Of a DNA stretch of 41,547 nucleotides, positions 31,528 through 41,519 are shown piece after piece. Source of the DNA: Verrucomicrobiales bacterium. Its GTDB lineage: Bacteria > Verrucomicrobiota > Verrucomicrobiia > Limisphaerales > JAYPXF01. Numbering within the stretch: the first letter of the stretch is position 1; each line of letters begins with the position of its first letter. The stretch lies in NCBI GenBank assembly GCA_002715965.1, contig PBAL01000059.1, positions 1-41,547 on the forward strand, written 5' to 3'. The notes below the pieces were generated by a model. That model saw only the letters and a program-made list of their open reading frames with translations. It had not been told where the DNA came from and made no database searches. The position numbers and the translations under genes were made by a program.

Positions 31528-34439
31528 CACTCCGAACGCTTCAGCAATATCTGATGGTTGCGATATGCCTGGGGCTGCTCCCCGAAGGGGCGAATTGCGC
31601 CACCGGTGTGTTTGAGAATCGGGGTACCACCAACAATGCCCAGGTGGATGCCTGCGTGTTCATCAACAGCGGACAATTCACTGTCATCGACAATTCGTTT
31701 CGGGCGCTCCCCTACCAGACACGCAATACCTCCCTCTTTACGAACGAGCAGGGGGGCGTGATGTCCTTCCAGCCGGGTGTGATCCTGGAACTGGTCACGA
31801 ACAACACCCGGGTCTTCATGGATTCGTTCGTTAATTTTGGAGATATCCGGGTGAGTGGACTTGGGCGCTTTGACGCCAGGTCCAGAAACGTCGTTTCTTC
31901 CGGTAACATCAGCTCATCCACCGGTGGACGCGTTCGATTGGAGGGCAACAATATAAGCGTAGAGCGTGGAGCCCTCTCCGCCTTGATCGAGTCAAACGTC
32001 ACGACTGACGTTCGGTTGTTTCAGCCCTTGTTTTTTTCAAATCCTCGTGGGGTGGAGGATATTTATTGGGGCGGTGGGATTGGCGGGCAACATCAGCTCC
32101 TTTCTGTCCCAAGTTCCCTGAGCATAGAACCCACGCAGTTCGGACTGGCGAGTGCCATCACACCAATACACGAAGTCATCTATCCCGCGTCGGGAGCTGT
32201 CAGCACGCTAAGCAATCTTTTATTCACCAATCACATGAGCTTCGTCTACACGCAGCAGATCGCACTGTCGAACCTCAGCACGACCGTGGTCATCATAAAC
32301 ACGAATCCGATGACAACCAATATGACCATCGACGTGCGCTTCGATCCCTCTTATCTGTTTGCGCCCGCGCCGGTCATTCAGCTGGGGCACACGGATACCA
32401 ACTTCCGCGACGGCACGATCGTCACCAACAAGATCTACTTCATCGATCACCTCTTGGATCAGACCAATACACCAGCGTTGCTGACCATTGCGGACAACAC
32501 GAATGACGTGACGTTTCGTCCGCGCAATTACCAGATTTCCCGCGGCTCGGATTTTGATTTCTACTTCAGCAATTCAACGGTCGTCGCCAACTCCGTTCAG
32601 ACCAACGACACTTTCTTTCGGCAGGATTTCTCCAATACCTTCACCACCAACTATCGCTATTCCGCATACGCGGCACGAATTGGCGATCCGGTCACAAACG
32701 CGATGACCGTCTTTGGGGATGGCGGGAATCTCGCGCTGAGTGACGTGACGAACCTGCCGGGCCGCGTTGAAATATTCAGCGATTCACTGAACATGCGATT
32801 AAGCCGGCTTGAAGCCGAGAACACCATCATCATCAACACCGAAAATTTGCAGGACAGTTCGCGCTCACTCATCAAGGCTCCCAACGTAATATTCAACGTC
32901 AAAAAGGCGAATGACACGTTGGCACTTACCAACTTTGTTCCCGCCTCGGTGCCGGCGTTCAACGGTTTCATAGAGGCCTTCAGTGCCAGTTGGACGAACC
33001 AATCCGGACCTCAGTCCTTTACCTATCACGTCCTGATGCTTGACGTGAAGGACTTGGCGGTGGAACAGGCCGTGCGACTGCCGTCGCTCAATCTGAGTGC
33101 AACCAATCTGGTGGTGCAGAACATCCTCAATGCGGGACGTTCCTTCGTTTTCGATTCACCTGCGGTGACGTTTCAAGATGGCACTGAACTCAGGCTCAAC
33201 TTGAACACTATTCCCAACCTGCTGCCGACAAATTTCCCGTCCATGACTCACTTCACCAACAGCGGGATCATCACCGTCCCCGGTTTGGCGGATTTTGTTG
33301 GGCCGGCCGGGAGCAGTGGGCTGACTAAAATGATCACCGACGGCACGATTCTGGCAAATGCCCTGAACATCACGGCCAGTTCGTTCCAATCATCCGGAAC
33401 GAACGGAACGGCGATTGTCCAGCCGTCCGGGATCATTGCCGGAGGTGGACCGCTTCGGCTTGTTGCTGATTCGGCAAAACTGGAATCGAACACCAACGCA
33501 CCGGGTCGATTCTTCGCCGGCGGATCGATTGATTTCAGGGCCAACGTTTTCGAGTTGCAAAACCAGCGGATCGAAACTCCCGGCAAATTCTTCCTGAATG
33601 CAACGAACTCGATCAAGGACCGCGATGGATTGGGGAACAATCTGATTTCTACCGGACTCGGCTTCGAATCGCGGGTCAAGCCGCCATTGGGGGATTTGAG
33701 AGGGACCACCATTGAAATCACCGTCGGATTTAACGATGAGGTTACCAATGTCTGGCCTGCGGCTGATGTGGGCCCGTTCATCGGCGGCTTCACCAACAAC
33801 CTTGCTGTCGGGAAGCTGGTGATCGATACCACCAATAACTTCTTGTCAACAGACCTGACCCGGTTCGAGGGGGCGAGCGTGAGTAATGCCATTTATATCG
33901 ACTTCCTGGAACTTCGCGGCCAAGTCACCAATGACCTTGCAGGCCATCTCAGCATTGCGGACAACATGCGAATCTACTTTGCGAACTCCAATGTCGATAT
34001 CGATCTGCTGAACGGCGCACTGGGAGGCAAGATCCAGTGGGTGAAAGATTACGCAGGACTGAATTCCGGTATCATCGTGAATGTCGATGGGCGTACGTTC
34101 CTGGTGAATGAGAAGAAATTCAACAGCCGGACGGTAGATTCCGACGGAGACGGACAAGCCAACGCCGTCGATCAGCGGCCCTTCGAGGGCGTGGTGGTGA
34201 AAACCAACGTCGTACTGAGTACGGTGACGACGAATCTGGGTGTAAACATCACTTGGGAAGCTGCAGCCAACACCGTCTATCGAATCGAAGCCAACACTAA
34301 CCTGAACACGACGAACTGGGTATTTGTGACGAGTTTCACCAACACGGCCACCAGCAGTGGGGACGTTAGCCTCCAGGAAATCATCAGCGCCACCAACCGG
34401 CCGGCCGCACGCTATTATCGGATTTCTTATGTTCCTTGA
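31524..34439 (+). CDS. Large (971 aa) secreted Asn/Thr/Ser-rich protein (beta-helix/adhesin-like composition) with a DSDGDG motif and the conserved C-terminal module.
   Basis: A signal peptide is present (MTLRTLQQYLMVAICLGLLPEGANCA). The body is a long N/T/S/V-rich sequence with repetitive N-x-[ST]-type beta-strand runs. RTVDSDGDGQANAVDQRP occurs near the C-terminus. The C-terminus is VNITWEAAANTVYRIEANTNLNTTNWVFVTSF...RPAARYYRISYVP. Confidence 0.6.
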   Translation: MTLRTLQQYLMVAICLGLLPEGANCATGVFENRGTTNNAQVDACVFINSGQFTVIDNSFRALPYQTRNTSLFTNEQGGVMSFQPGVILELVTNNTRVFMDSFVNFGDIRVSGLGRFDARSRNVVSSGNISSSTGGRVRLEGNNISVERGALSALIESNVTTDVRLFQPLFFSNPRGVEDIYWGGGIGGQHQLLSVPSSLSIEPTQFGLASAITPIHEVIYPASGAVSTLSNLLFTNHMSFVYTQQIALSNLSTTVVIINTNPMTTNMTIDVRFDPSYLFAPAPVIQLGHTDTNFRDGTIVTNKIYFIDHLLDQTNTPALLTIADNTNDVTFRPRNYQISRGSDFDFYFSNSTVVANSVQTNDTFFRQDFSNTFTTNYRYSAYAARIGDPVTNAMTVFGDGGNLALSDVTNLPGRVEIFSDSLNMRLSRLEAENTIIINTENLQDSSRSLIKAPNVIFNVKKANDTLALTNFVPASVPAFNGFIEAFSASWTNQSGPQSFTYHVLMLDVKDLAVEQAVRLPSLNLSATNLVVQNILNAGRSFVFDSPAVTFQDGTELRLNLNTIPNLLPTNFPSMTHFTNSGIITVPGLADFVGPAGSSGLTKMITDGTILANALNITASSFQSSGTNGTAIVQPSGIIAGGGPLRLVADSAKLESNTNAPGRFFAGGSIDFRANVFELQNQRIETPGKFFLNATNSIKDRDGLGNNLISTGLGFESRVKPPLGDLRGTTIEITVGFNDEVTNVWPAADVGPFIGGFTNNLAVGKLVIDTTNNFLSTDLTRFEGASVSNAIYIDFLELRGQVTNDLAGHLSIADNMRIYFANSNVDIDLLNGALGGKIQWVKDYAGLNSGIIVNVDGRTFLVNEKKFNSRTVDSDGDGQANAVDQRPFEGVVVKTNVVLSTVTTNLGVNITWEAAANTVYRIEANTNLNTTNWVFVTSFTNTATSSGDVSLQEIISATNRPAARYYRISYVP

Positions 34440-34460
34440 TCGGGACTGATTACGGCAGAC

Positions 34461-37400
34461 ATGTCAACTAACTCGACAGCACAGTTCTTATCCAAGGCGA
34501 TTCTCTCGATTGTCTGCGTCATGCTGTTTGGGCTGCCGTGCACGAGTCAGGGCGCGCAGCTCCTCAGCGTGCCGGATGGCACCCCCTCAGTGGTGAATCT
34601 CTCCGAAATCGGAACGGCCGGAGGTGCATTTCAGGTCGCGTCGCCAAACCCGGAGACCAACTTCGTTGGGCTTATAGACGACCTTTCGGTCATTCCACCC
34701 GACGCTGCGGCCGCGGTGGGGACCAATCATCTCATGATTGCGGCCAACAGCCAGATCGTGATTCAGGACCGGGGCGGCAATACGATACAGACCGTGAACC
34801 TGATCGATTTCTGGCAGGGTTTTGTGGGGGTGAATGGCCGGGTGTTCAGCCCGAAACTACTCTATGACTCTTCCTCCAATCGATGGGTGATGACGACCTG
34901 CGCCAATCCCGGCACGCCCGATTCACGAATTCTCCTCGCCGCAACCTTGAGCGATGATCCGACCCAGTCTTGGGTGAGATATTCCATTGATGTGGACACG
35001 AACGCTCAGGCGCAGTTCTGGGGAGAGACCAGTGGCTTGGGTTACAACGACGAATGGGTGGTTGCCACCAAGAATATTCGCAACATAATCTTCGGCGGCT
35101 TCAGCTTTTCTCGTCTCTACATCTTCGACAAAAGCGCCATCTATCAGGGCTTGGGTCTCGGCACGAACGAGTTCGCCGAGGTCAACGAGTTCACCACCCC
35201 GAACATTGTGCCCGCCGTCTCTCATGACTCAAGCCCGGGTGTGGAATATTTTCTTGCCAATGGGGCAGGCAATGACGGACTCAACAACGGGTTCCTGAGA
35301 ATGTTCAGACTAACGGAGGTTTCTAATATATTTACACTGTCGCAATTACCTTCACCCACCATAGATAATCCGTGGAGTGATGCGCCCAATGCTGGCGACG
35401 CTGATTTTGCACCGCAGACCAACACACTGAATCGCGTATGGAACGGAGACTCAAGGATTCAGAATGTTGTCCTGCGCAATGGGTCTTTGTGGGCCGCGCA
35501 AACCGTGTTCCTTCCATCAGGTGCGGCGACTCGTTCATCCGCGCAGTGGTGGGAGATCAATCCCAATTCGACGGTCATTCAATTGGGACGGGTGGATGAT
35601 ACGAACGGTTTTCGTTTTTACGCGTTCCCTTCGATCGCTGTGAACCGTAACAACGACGTGCTCTTGGGATACTCCAGTTTTTCCCCCGTGACACACCCGA
35701 GCGCGAGCTATTCGTTCAGGTTTGGCTCTGACCCCGCCAATACCTTGCAGCCAGAGGTGGTGTATCGGGACGGCAGTGCACCCTACTACAAACCAGATTT
35801 TACCGGCCGCAATCTCTGGGGCAGGTATAGTTCCACAGTCATTGACCCGAACACGGACCAGGACATGTGGACGCTCCAGCAGTATGCGGAGCAACCCTTG
35901 AGCAGCCTGGATCGGTGGGGCACGTGGTGGGCGAAAATTCTGTTATCCGCGCTGCCGGATGGAATTCTGGAAGTGGTTGTCACGCCGTCCAACGGTTCGT
36001 TGATTCCGGCCGGAGATAACCAGGTTTTTTCAGTCAAAGTTTTCGATACTTTCTCAGTCACCGACGCGGTGATCCAGGTGACGGCACCTGGTTTTTTCAC
36101 CAATCAGGTCTTCAGGAACGACGGTGTAATCCCTGACGTACTGGCGCAGGATAACATCTACACCCTCGAACTGGATTTGCCCTCGACGAACTCAGCTGCA
36201 AACTTCCACTTCGAGGTTCGTGCCGACGGCAAGGTTCCGCTCTTCTTCACCAATACTTACATCATCGCGCCCCCACCACCGAATGATGCGTTTGTCAAAT
36301 CGGAGAAGCTGCCGGACTCCAGCCAGCCGCTGATCATCACCAACCGTAACTTCTTTGCCACTCGTGAAACAGGAGAGCCAGTTCATGCCGGTGTCGGCAC
36401 ATTTGGTGCATCGGTTTGGTGGACGTGGGCGCCGGTGCAAAGTGGACCCGTGTTGATCGATACACTCGGAAGCAAGTTCAACACTGTATTGGCGGTGTAC
36501 ACGGGTAATGTACTGAGTCTGCTCTCGAACGTTGTTTCGAACAACGACGTGAATGATCAATTCGGGCAGTTTGTACGGGAAGAAGCGTTCGTCAATTTCA
36601 ACGCACAGGCCGGTGTGACCTATCGAATCGCGGTGGCAGGGGCGACCACCAATGACTTTGGCGATATTCGCATGCGATTGGCGTTCAACGGGCAACCCGA
36701 TACCGCGATTCCAAAGATTGCGATCACCAATATTATCAGTGGTGGCCGCATCCTCCAGATCAACGGTGGCGTTCTTCAGTTGGGTGGAACAAATCTGAAC
36801 ATTGTCGGCACCAACTTAAATGCGGTGGAAATCCCCATCCTTAATGGAACAAACATCGTGGTCGGCCCGACCAACCTGATCATCGGCGGGACCAACCTGA
36901 TCATGGGGGGTGTCTCGGTGACCAATCCGCCCAGCGGTCTCATCGTGACGAATTCCGACACAGTACTTTCAGGTTATGGTTATGACTCAGGAACGGATGA
37001 CTCAGGGGTGAATCTGGTGCAAATCATCGGAAATTCCGGAACGCCGATCACCGCCAATATTAGTGACACGAATGCCGTCCCCACCAACGACTGGGCTCTG
37101 GTCTTTGACCTCGACCGGGGATCAAATCGGCTCGAAGTTGTTGCCTTCGACCTCGCTCGTAATCGTGGGACAACGAACTTTGTGGTGAATGTCCGCGAGT
37201 TTGATCCTGCGTTCGACGTGTTTGCCAGTGCGCTCTTACTGACCAACACCAACGGCTTCGTGACGGCGAACAACAACAATGCCACCGTCGAACTCAATGA
37301 ACCGCTTCATGCTAACAAAATCGGCGGCAAATCTGTGTGGTTTGAATTCATTGCTCCGGCCAATGGCGTGCTCGATCTGTCCACCACGAACTCCACGTTC

Positions 37401-38489
37401 GATACACTGATGGCGGTCTATTCCGGTGGCCGGGTCAACGAGCTGAGCGTGCTGCAATCCAATGATGATCAGGTTTCCGGATTCGTGCACAGTGCCGTGT
37501 CTGTCGGTGTCGTCGCGGGACAGTCCTACAAGATTGCCGTGGACGGACTGGGGGGCGTGAGTGGCATTCTGCAGTTGCACTACACGTTTACGCCCCGCTC
37601 GGTCTTCACCATCACAGTGTCGAACAGCATGGGAGGAACGGTATCGCCAGGAACAGGTTCACATTTGGAAGGAACACAAATCACGGCGACGGCGACACCT
37701 GGTAACGGGTTCGAATTTGTTACTTGGAACGGTTCTGTACTTACGTTGGACAATCCGCTTACCATCACTCTGAATTCAAACTTGAACATCAATGCCGTCT
37801 TCGCACGCACGCAGATCACTGATGATTTTGAGGATGGCGTCTTTAGTACAAATATTGCGTGGACAAACGTCGCCGGCGCCACACCTTGGCGGGTTCAACT
37901 CACCAATGGTGTGATCACAAACGCCACCCTTGGAGGACGTTTTACGGCTCGTTCGGGAGCGATTAAGCACGGTGAAACCAGTGACCTCTCCCTTTCGGCC
38001 AATATGCGCGGAGGGCCCGCACGATTTCTCTACAAGGTAAGCAGCGAAGATTTTGATGATCTCTTCACCTTCTTCCTGAATGGCGTTCAATTGCTCTCTG
38101 TTTCCGGTGAGTCGGACTGGCAGACGTATCAGTTTACCGTTCCGGAAGGTGCCAATGAATTCCGTTGGGTGTATACGAAAGATCAGGATCTATTCAGTTC
38201 AGGCCATGACTCTGTGTTCATCGACAACGTGGAATTGCCGATACGTGCAACGGTGCTGACGAATGTGACCACTTCGTTCAATACCAACGGAACACGGGTG
38301 CTGGGCAATGGGACACTTCAAATGCGATTGGAAGGACAGACGAATCAGGTGTACGTGATCCAGGCGTCGTCAGACTTGATCCAGTGGACCACCTTGGGCA
38401 TGCATCACGCTCCCCACGGAATCATACAGTTCACAGACACCGCTTCCACCAATCACACGCGCCGGTATTATCGCGCCTTCATTCCCTGA
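34461..38489 (+). CDS. Very large (1342 aa) secreted protein with an internally duplicated ~130-aa domain and the conserved C-terminal module.
   Basis: A signal peptide is present (MSTNSTAQFLSKAILSIVCVMLFGLPCTSQGA). Two paralogous internal domains occur. The first reads ETGEPVHAGVGTFGASVWWTWAPVQSGPVLIDTLGSKFNTVLAVYTGN...AQAGVTYRIAVAG. The second reads LNEPLHANKIGGKSVWFEFIAPANGVLDLSTTNSTFDTLMAVYSGG...VAGQSYKIAVDGLGG. The C-terminus is LQMRLEGQTNQVYVIQASSDLIQWTTLG...HTRRYYRAFIP. Confidence 0.6.
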   Translation: MSTNSTAQFLSKAILSIVCVMLFGLPCTSQGAQLLSVPDGTPSVVNLSEIGTAGGAFQVASPNPETNFVGLIDDLSVIPPDAAAAVGTNHLMIAANSQIVIQDRGGNTIQTVNLIDFWQGFVGVNGRVFSPKLLYDSSSNRWVMTTCANPGTPDSRILLAATLSDDPTQSWVRYSIDVDTNAQAQFWGETSGLGYNDEWVVATKNIRNIIFGGFSFSRLYIFDKSAIYQGLGLGTNEFAEVNEFTTPNIVPAVSHDSSPGVEYFLANGAGNDGLNNGFLRMFRLTEVSNIFTLSQLPSPTIDNPWSDAPNAGDADFAPQTNTLNRVWNGDSRIQNVVLRNGSLWAAQTVFLPSGAATRSSAQWWEINPNSTVIQLGRVDDTNGFRFYAFPSIAVNRNNDVLLGYSSFSPVTHPSASYSFRFGSDPANTLQPEVVYRDGSAPYYKPDFTGRNLWGRYSSTVIDPNTDQDMWTLQQYAEQPLSSLDRWGTWWAKILLSALPDGILEVVVTPSNGSLIPAGDNQVFSVKVFDTFSVTDAVIQVTAPGFFTNQVFRNDGVIPDVLAQDNIYTLELDLPSTNSAANFHFEVRADGKVPLFFTNTYIIAPPPPNDAFVKSEKLPDSSQPLIITNRNFFATRETGEPVHAGVGTFGASVWWTWAPVQSGPVLIDTLGSKFNTVLAVYTGNVLSLLSNVVSNNDVNDQFGQFVREEAFVNFNAQAGVTYRIAVAGATTNDFGDIRMRLAFNGQPDTAIPKIAITNIISGGRILQINGGVLQLGGTNLNIVGTNLNAVEIPILNGTNIVVGPTNLIIGGTNLIMGGVSVTNPPSGLIVTNSDTVLSGYGYDSGTDDSGVNLVQIIGNSGTPITANISDTNAVPTNDWALVFDLDRGSNRLEVVAFDLARNRGTTNFVVNVREFDPAFDVFASALLLTNTNGFVTANNNNATVELNEPLHANKIGGKSVWFEFIAPANGVLDLSTTNSTFDTLMAVYSGGRVNELSVLQSNDDQVSGFVHSAVSVGVVAGQSYKIAVDGLGGVSGILQLHYTFTPRSVFTITVSNSMGGTVSPGTGSHLEGTQITATATPGNGFEFVTWNGSVLTLDNPLTITLNSNLNINAVFARTQITDDFEDGVFSTNIAWTNVAGATPWRVQLTNGVITNATLGGRFTARSGAIKHGETSDLSLSANMRGGPARFLYKVSSEDFDDLFTFFLNGVQLLSVSGESDWQTYQFTVPEGANEFRWVYTKDQDLFSSGHDSVFIDNVELPIRATVLTNVTTSFNTNGTRVLGNGTLQMRLEGQTNQVYVIQASSDLIQWTTLGMHHAPHGIIQFTDTASTNHTRRYYRAFIP

Positions 38490-38562
38490 AGCGCGGCCGG
38501 TCGTCGCTCCCCTGCTTCTGGTTAGTTTTGGTTAGAGCCAACCCCGCTGTGCTGTTACACAC

Positions 38563-40840
38563 GGGAATGCGCTTAACCGGATCAATGCTTCTACTCTTGC
38601 TTCTCGCTCTCCCCATTCAAGCGGCAGATCGTCTTCCAAATACTCAGGTGCTCGATTTCGATGGAGCTGATCTCTCGACATGGTTGATGGATGGCGCGCA
38701 TGAATTCGTGGAACGGAAAATTGCGGCATCTCGAGGCGGTCGTTCCAAGTTCTGGAATGCCGACGACGCCTCGCCGGAAGCCTATCGGAGATCCTTGGAT
38801 CCCAATCGCGATCGGCTGAAGACCATAATCGGTGTGGTGGACGAACGCCTTCCATCCCGCCTGGAAATCTTTGGTGATGATCTGCGAGCTGCACTGGTTG
38901 TCCGCGGTGAGCATTACAGCGTGAAACAGGTTCGATGGAATGTTCTGCCGGGATTCTCCGCTGAGGGATTGCTGGTTGAACCCGCAGGATCTGCAGTTGC
39001 AAACTTGATACTTTTCCCCGACGCAGATGATTCGCCTGAAGAGGTGATCGGCGCTGGAAATCCTGAGCGATATCGGGGTGTTCGCAGATTGGCATCCAAC
39101 GGTTTCAGGATTCTGATTCCAACTCCAATTTCCCGGGCCAAGTTGGATACGAATGATCGGCGCTTGAAACGCTCAGATCAGACATGTCGCGAGTGGATCT
39201 ACCGTCAGGCCTTTCACATGGGGCGCCATGTTATCGGATACGAAGTCCAAAGCGTGATGGCCGGGGTCGATTGGTTTCGGAGCCAACATCCCAATTTGAG
39301 AATCGGGGTGGCTGGCCACGGTGAAGGCGGCTTGGTCGTGTTCTATGCTGCTGCAGTGGATACGCGCATCAGTTCGGTGACGGTGAGCGGCTATTTCGGT
39401 CCGCGCGAGAATGTCTGGCAGGAACCCATCTATCGAAACATATGGAGTCTGCTCAGGGAATTTGATGATGCCCTGATCGCAGCACTCATTCATCCGCGCA
39501 GCCTTCATATCGCTCATGGGAACCATCCGATCATCAGGGGGCACAAAGGCGAAACCACGCAGCCATCCACAAACGAAATGCTTTCCGAATTTCAGCGAAT
39601 CTCAAAACGATCGAAAGCAACCATCACCGTGTCGCCATCGCAAGAGAGTCATCATGTGCTGGCGTCTCTGGATGAACTGGGTATGTCATTGGGGAGGGAT
39701 CACATTCGAAAGGGGATGGTTCATCCTGGAATCCCACTGCCAGAGTCGGTGCGTGCAGCAAGGCACGAACGCGTATTCAGAGGCATGGAGACACATGTGC
39801 AAAGCCTTGTTCGCGCCTCGGAACATGTGCGAAGCGAATTCTTTGCTGTCCGTGTCCTTCCCGAACTAAGAAACTGGCGCTGGACTACGCTGAAGACCCA
39901 CAAGCTGCAAAATGCAGAGACCTTTATCGAAGGTGCAAGAGAGTTTCGCAGGAAGTTTCACGACGAGGCGATGGGCAGTTTCGATGAGCCGTTTTTCCCG
40001 GCCAACCCGCGCACTCGCAAGATCGCCGAGACCGATCAGTGGACGGCATACGATGTGGTCCTGCAGGTGTATCCCGAACTGATCGCCTGGGGTGCTCTCG
40101 TTCTGCCAAAGGACTTGAAACCGGGCGAGAAAAGGCCGGTGGTGGTCTGTCAACACGGACGCAATGGTGTGCCCTTGGATACCATCAATCGGAACCTGAG
40201 CGCCTATAATGATTTCGCGGCGCGGCTCGCCGAGCGCGGCTTCATCACATTCGCTCCGCACAATCTATATCGCGGTGAAGATCGTTATCGTTGGTTGGAT
40301 CGGAAGGCCAACACCATTGGGGCGACGCTTTTCTCATTCATCATCGCGCAGCACGACCAGATCCTCAGATGGCTGGGATCGCTTCCCTTTGTCGACGCGA
40401 ACCGCATAGCCTTTTACGGGCTTAGCTACGGTGGTGAAACGGCGGTGCGCGTTCCGACCATTCTTGAAGGCTACTGTCTTTCCATCTGCTCGGGCGACTT
40501 CAACCAATGGACCCGCAAGATTGCAGCGACCGATCAGCCATTCTCCTTCATGCGAACCATCGAGTGGGAGATGCCCTACTGGAATCTTGGCCATACCTTT
40601 GACTACGCCGAGATGGCCTACCTGATGATCCCCCGGCCGTTTATGGTTGAACGTGGACACCATGACGGGGTCGGCCGCGACCACTGGGTCGCCCATGAAT
40701 ACGCCAAAGTTCGTTGGCTCTACGCCCAGCTTGGGATGGTCGACAAGACTGAGATCGAGTTCTTTCAGGGCGGTCACAGCATCAATGGTGAAGGCACGTT
40801 CGAATTTCTTCACAAGCACCTCAACTGGCCCAGGCGGTGA
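38563..40840 (+). CDS. Secreted tandem alpha/beta-hydrolase-fold protein (S9-peptidase- or esterase-like). The start is taken at the Met of the signal peptide; the nominal ORF opens at 38384.
   Basis: A signal peptide is present (MRLTGSMLLLLLLALPIQAA). The N-terminal module has a degenerate nucleophile elbow (RIGVAGHGEGGLVVFYAAAVD). The C-terminal module has a canonical G-x-S-x-G-G motif (NRIAFYGLSYGGETAVRV). It also has an acid (ERGHHDGVGRDHW) and a C-terminal His (FQGGHSINGEG), consistent with a Ser-Asp-His triad. Confidence 0.5.
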
Positions 40841-41519
40841 TGCAAACTGCCACCACTTCGCACGCAGAATTTGAACCGCGTCCAGAATGACATAGCCGTC
40901 CGTTCCTTCGTTTGAGATCTTGATCGCGTAGTGTGCGCCGACATTGAATTCGTGGATTCCGGAAGAGATGAACAGCTTGTTAATTGGCGCTTGTTTCTTC
41001 TGATTGATCTCGATCGCGTCCGACCGTGACCAAGCGGCCATCACGGTGCCAATCAAGCCCGAGAATCCCGGTCTTTCGTGAGTAACGAGTTTTGATTTTC
41101 GAGACGTGGGCGTCGATGACCTTGGAAGCCCAGCCGTCTTTCATGTCCCAGAGGACGAGTTTGCCCAAGGGCTGGCGGCCAAGGTGGTGACAGATGCCTT
41201 TGCGATAGGACGCTCCGGCCAGTTGGGTAACGCTCCAGCACCGGCAGGTTTGTCGGCTGATCCCACGGCCACGTTGAACTCAATCTTTCGGAGCTGGGAA
41301 TTGCCGCCTTGGTTTTCGATCAAGCCTTCCTGAATCCAGGTGCGGCTGAGCCGAGTTTAGTGTCGGGGAGCTTGGCCTCCTTGGGCGGACAAAGCCCGGC
41401 GAACCATGCGATTCATAGTTCGGTTCCGGTCGGGGCTCCGCCCCTCCCTCCACCGAACTATGAACAACAAGAACCCAAACAAAATCTCTCATAGCGTTTG
41501 GACCAAAGAATGGGGGCAC
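40841..41519 (-). pseudogene. Possible degraded minus-strand gene: four consecutive same-strand ORFs in shifting frames.
   Basis: The ORFs are 41280..41519, 41053..41283, 40980..41168 and 40334..41056, all on the minus strand. They abut or overlap in different frames. Two pieces look protein-like (GKLVLWDMKDGWASKVIDAH ; ISSGIHEFNVGAHYAIKISNEGTDGYVILDAVQI). Two are Arg/Pro-rich junk. No family is recognisable. Confidence 0.2.

Noticed and set aside
28194-38489. PEP-CTERM or other TM-anchored sorting tails on the giant proteins, as substrates for the adjacent exosortase.
   Set aside because: None of the C-termini has the Pro-Glu-Pro + hydrophobic helix + Arg-cluster pattern. They end in a soluble ~65-aa module instead.
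31524-38489. Apparent abundance of N-x-[ST] sequons, suggesting N-glycosylation of the giant proteins.
   Set aside because: A hand count gives about 17 sequons in the 971-aa protein. That is roughly the number expected by chance from its very high Asn and Ser/Thr content. It is a compositional effect (Asn-ladder or beta-helix-type proteins), not enrichment.
40334-40840. 3' part of the 240-aa minus-strand ORF overlapping the alpha/beta-hydrolase gene.
   Set aside because: The overlap portion is antisense to a gene with a clean GxSxGG-Asp-His layout. Only the non-overlapping 40841-41056 portion is retained as part of a possible pseudogene.
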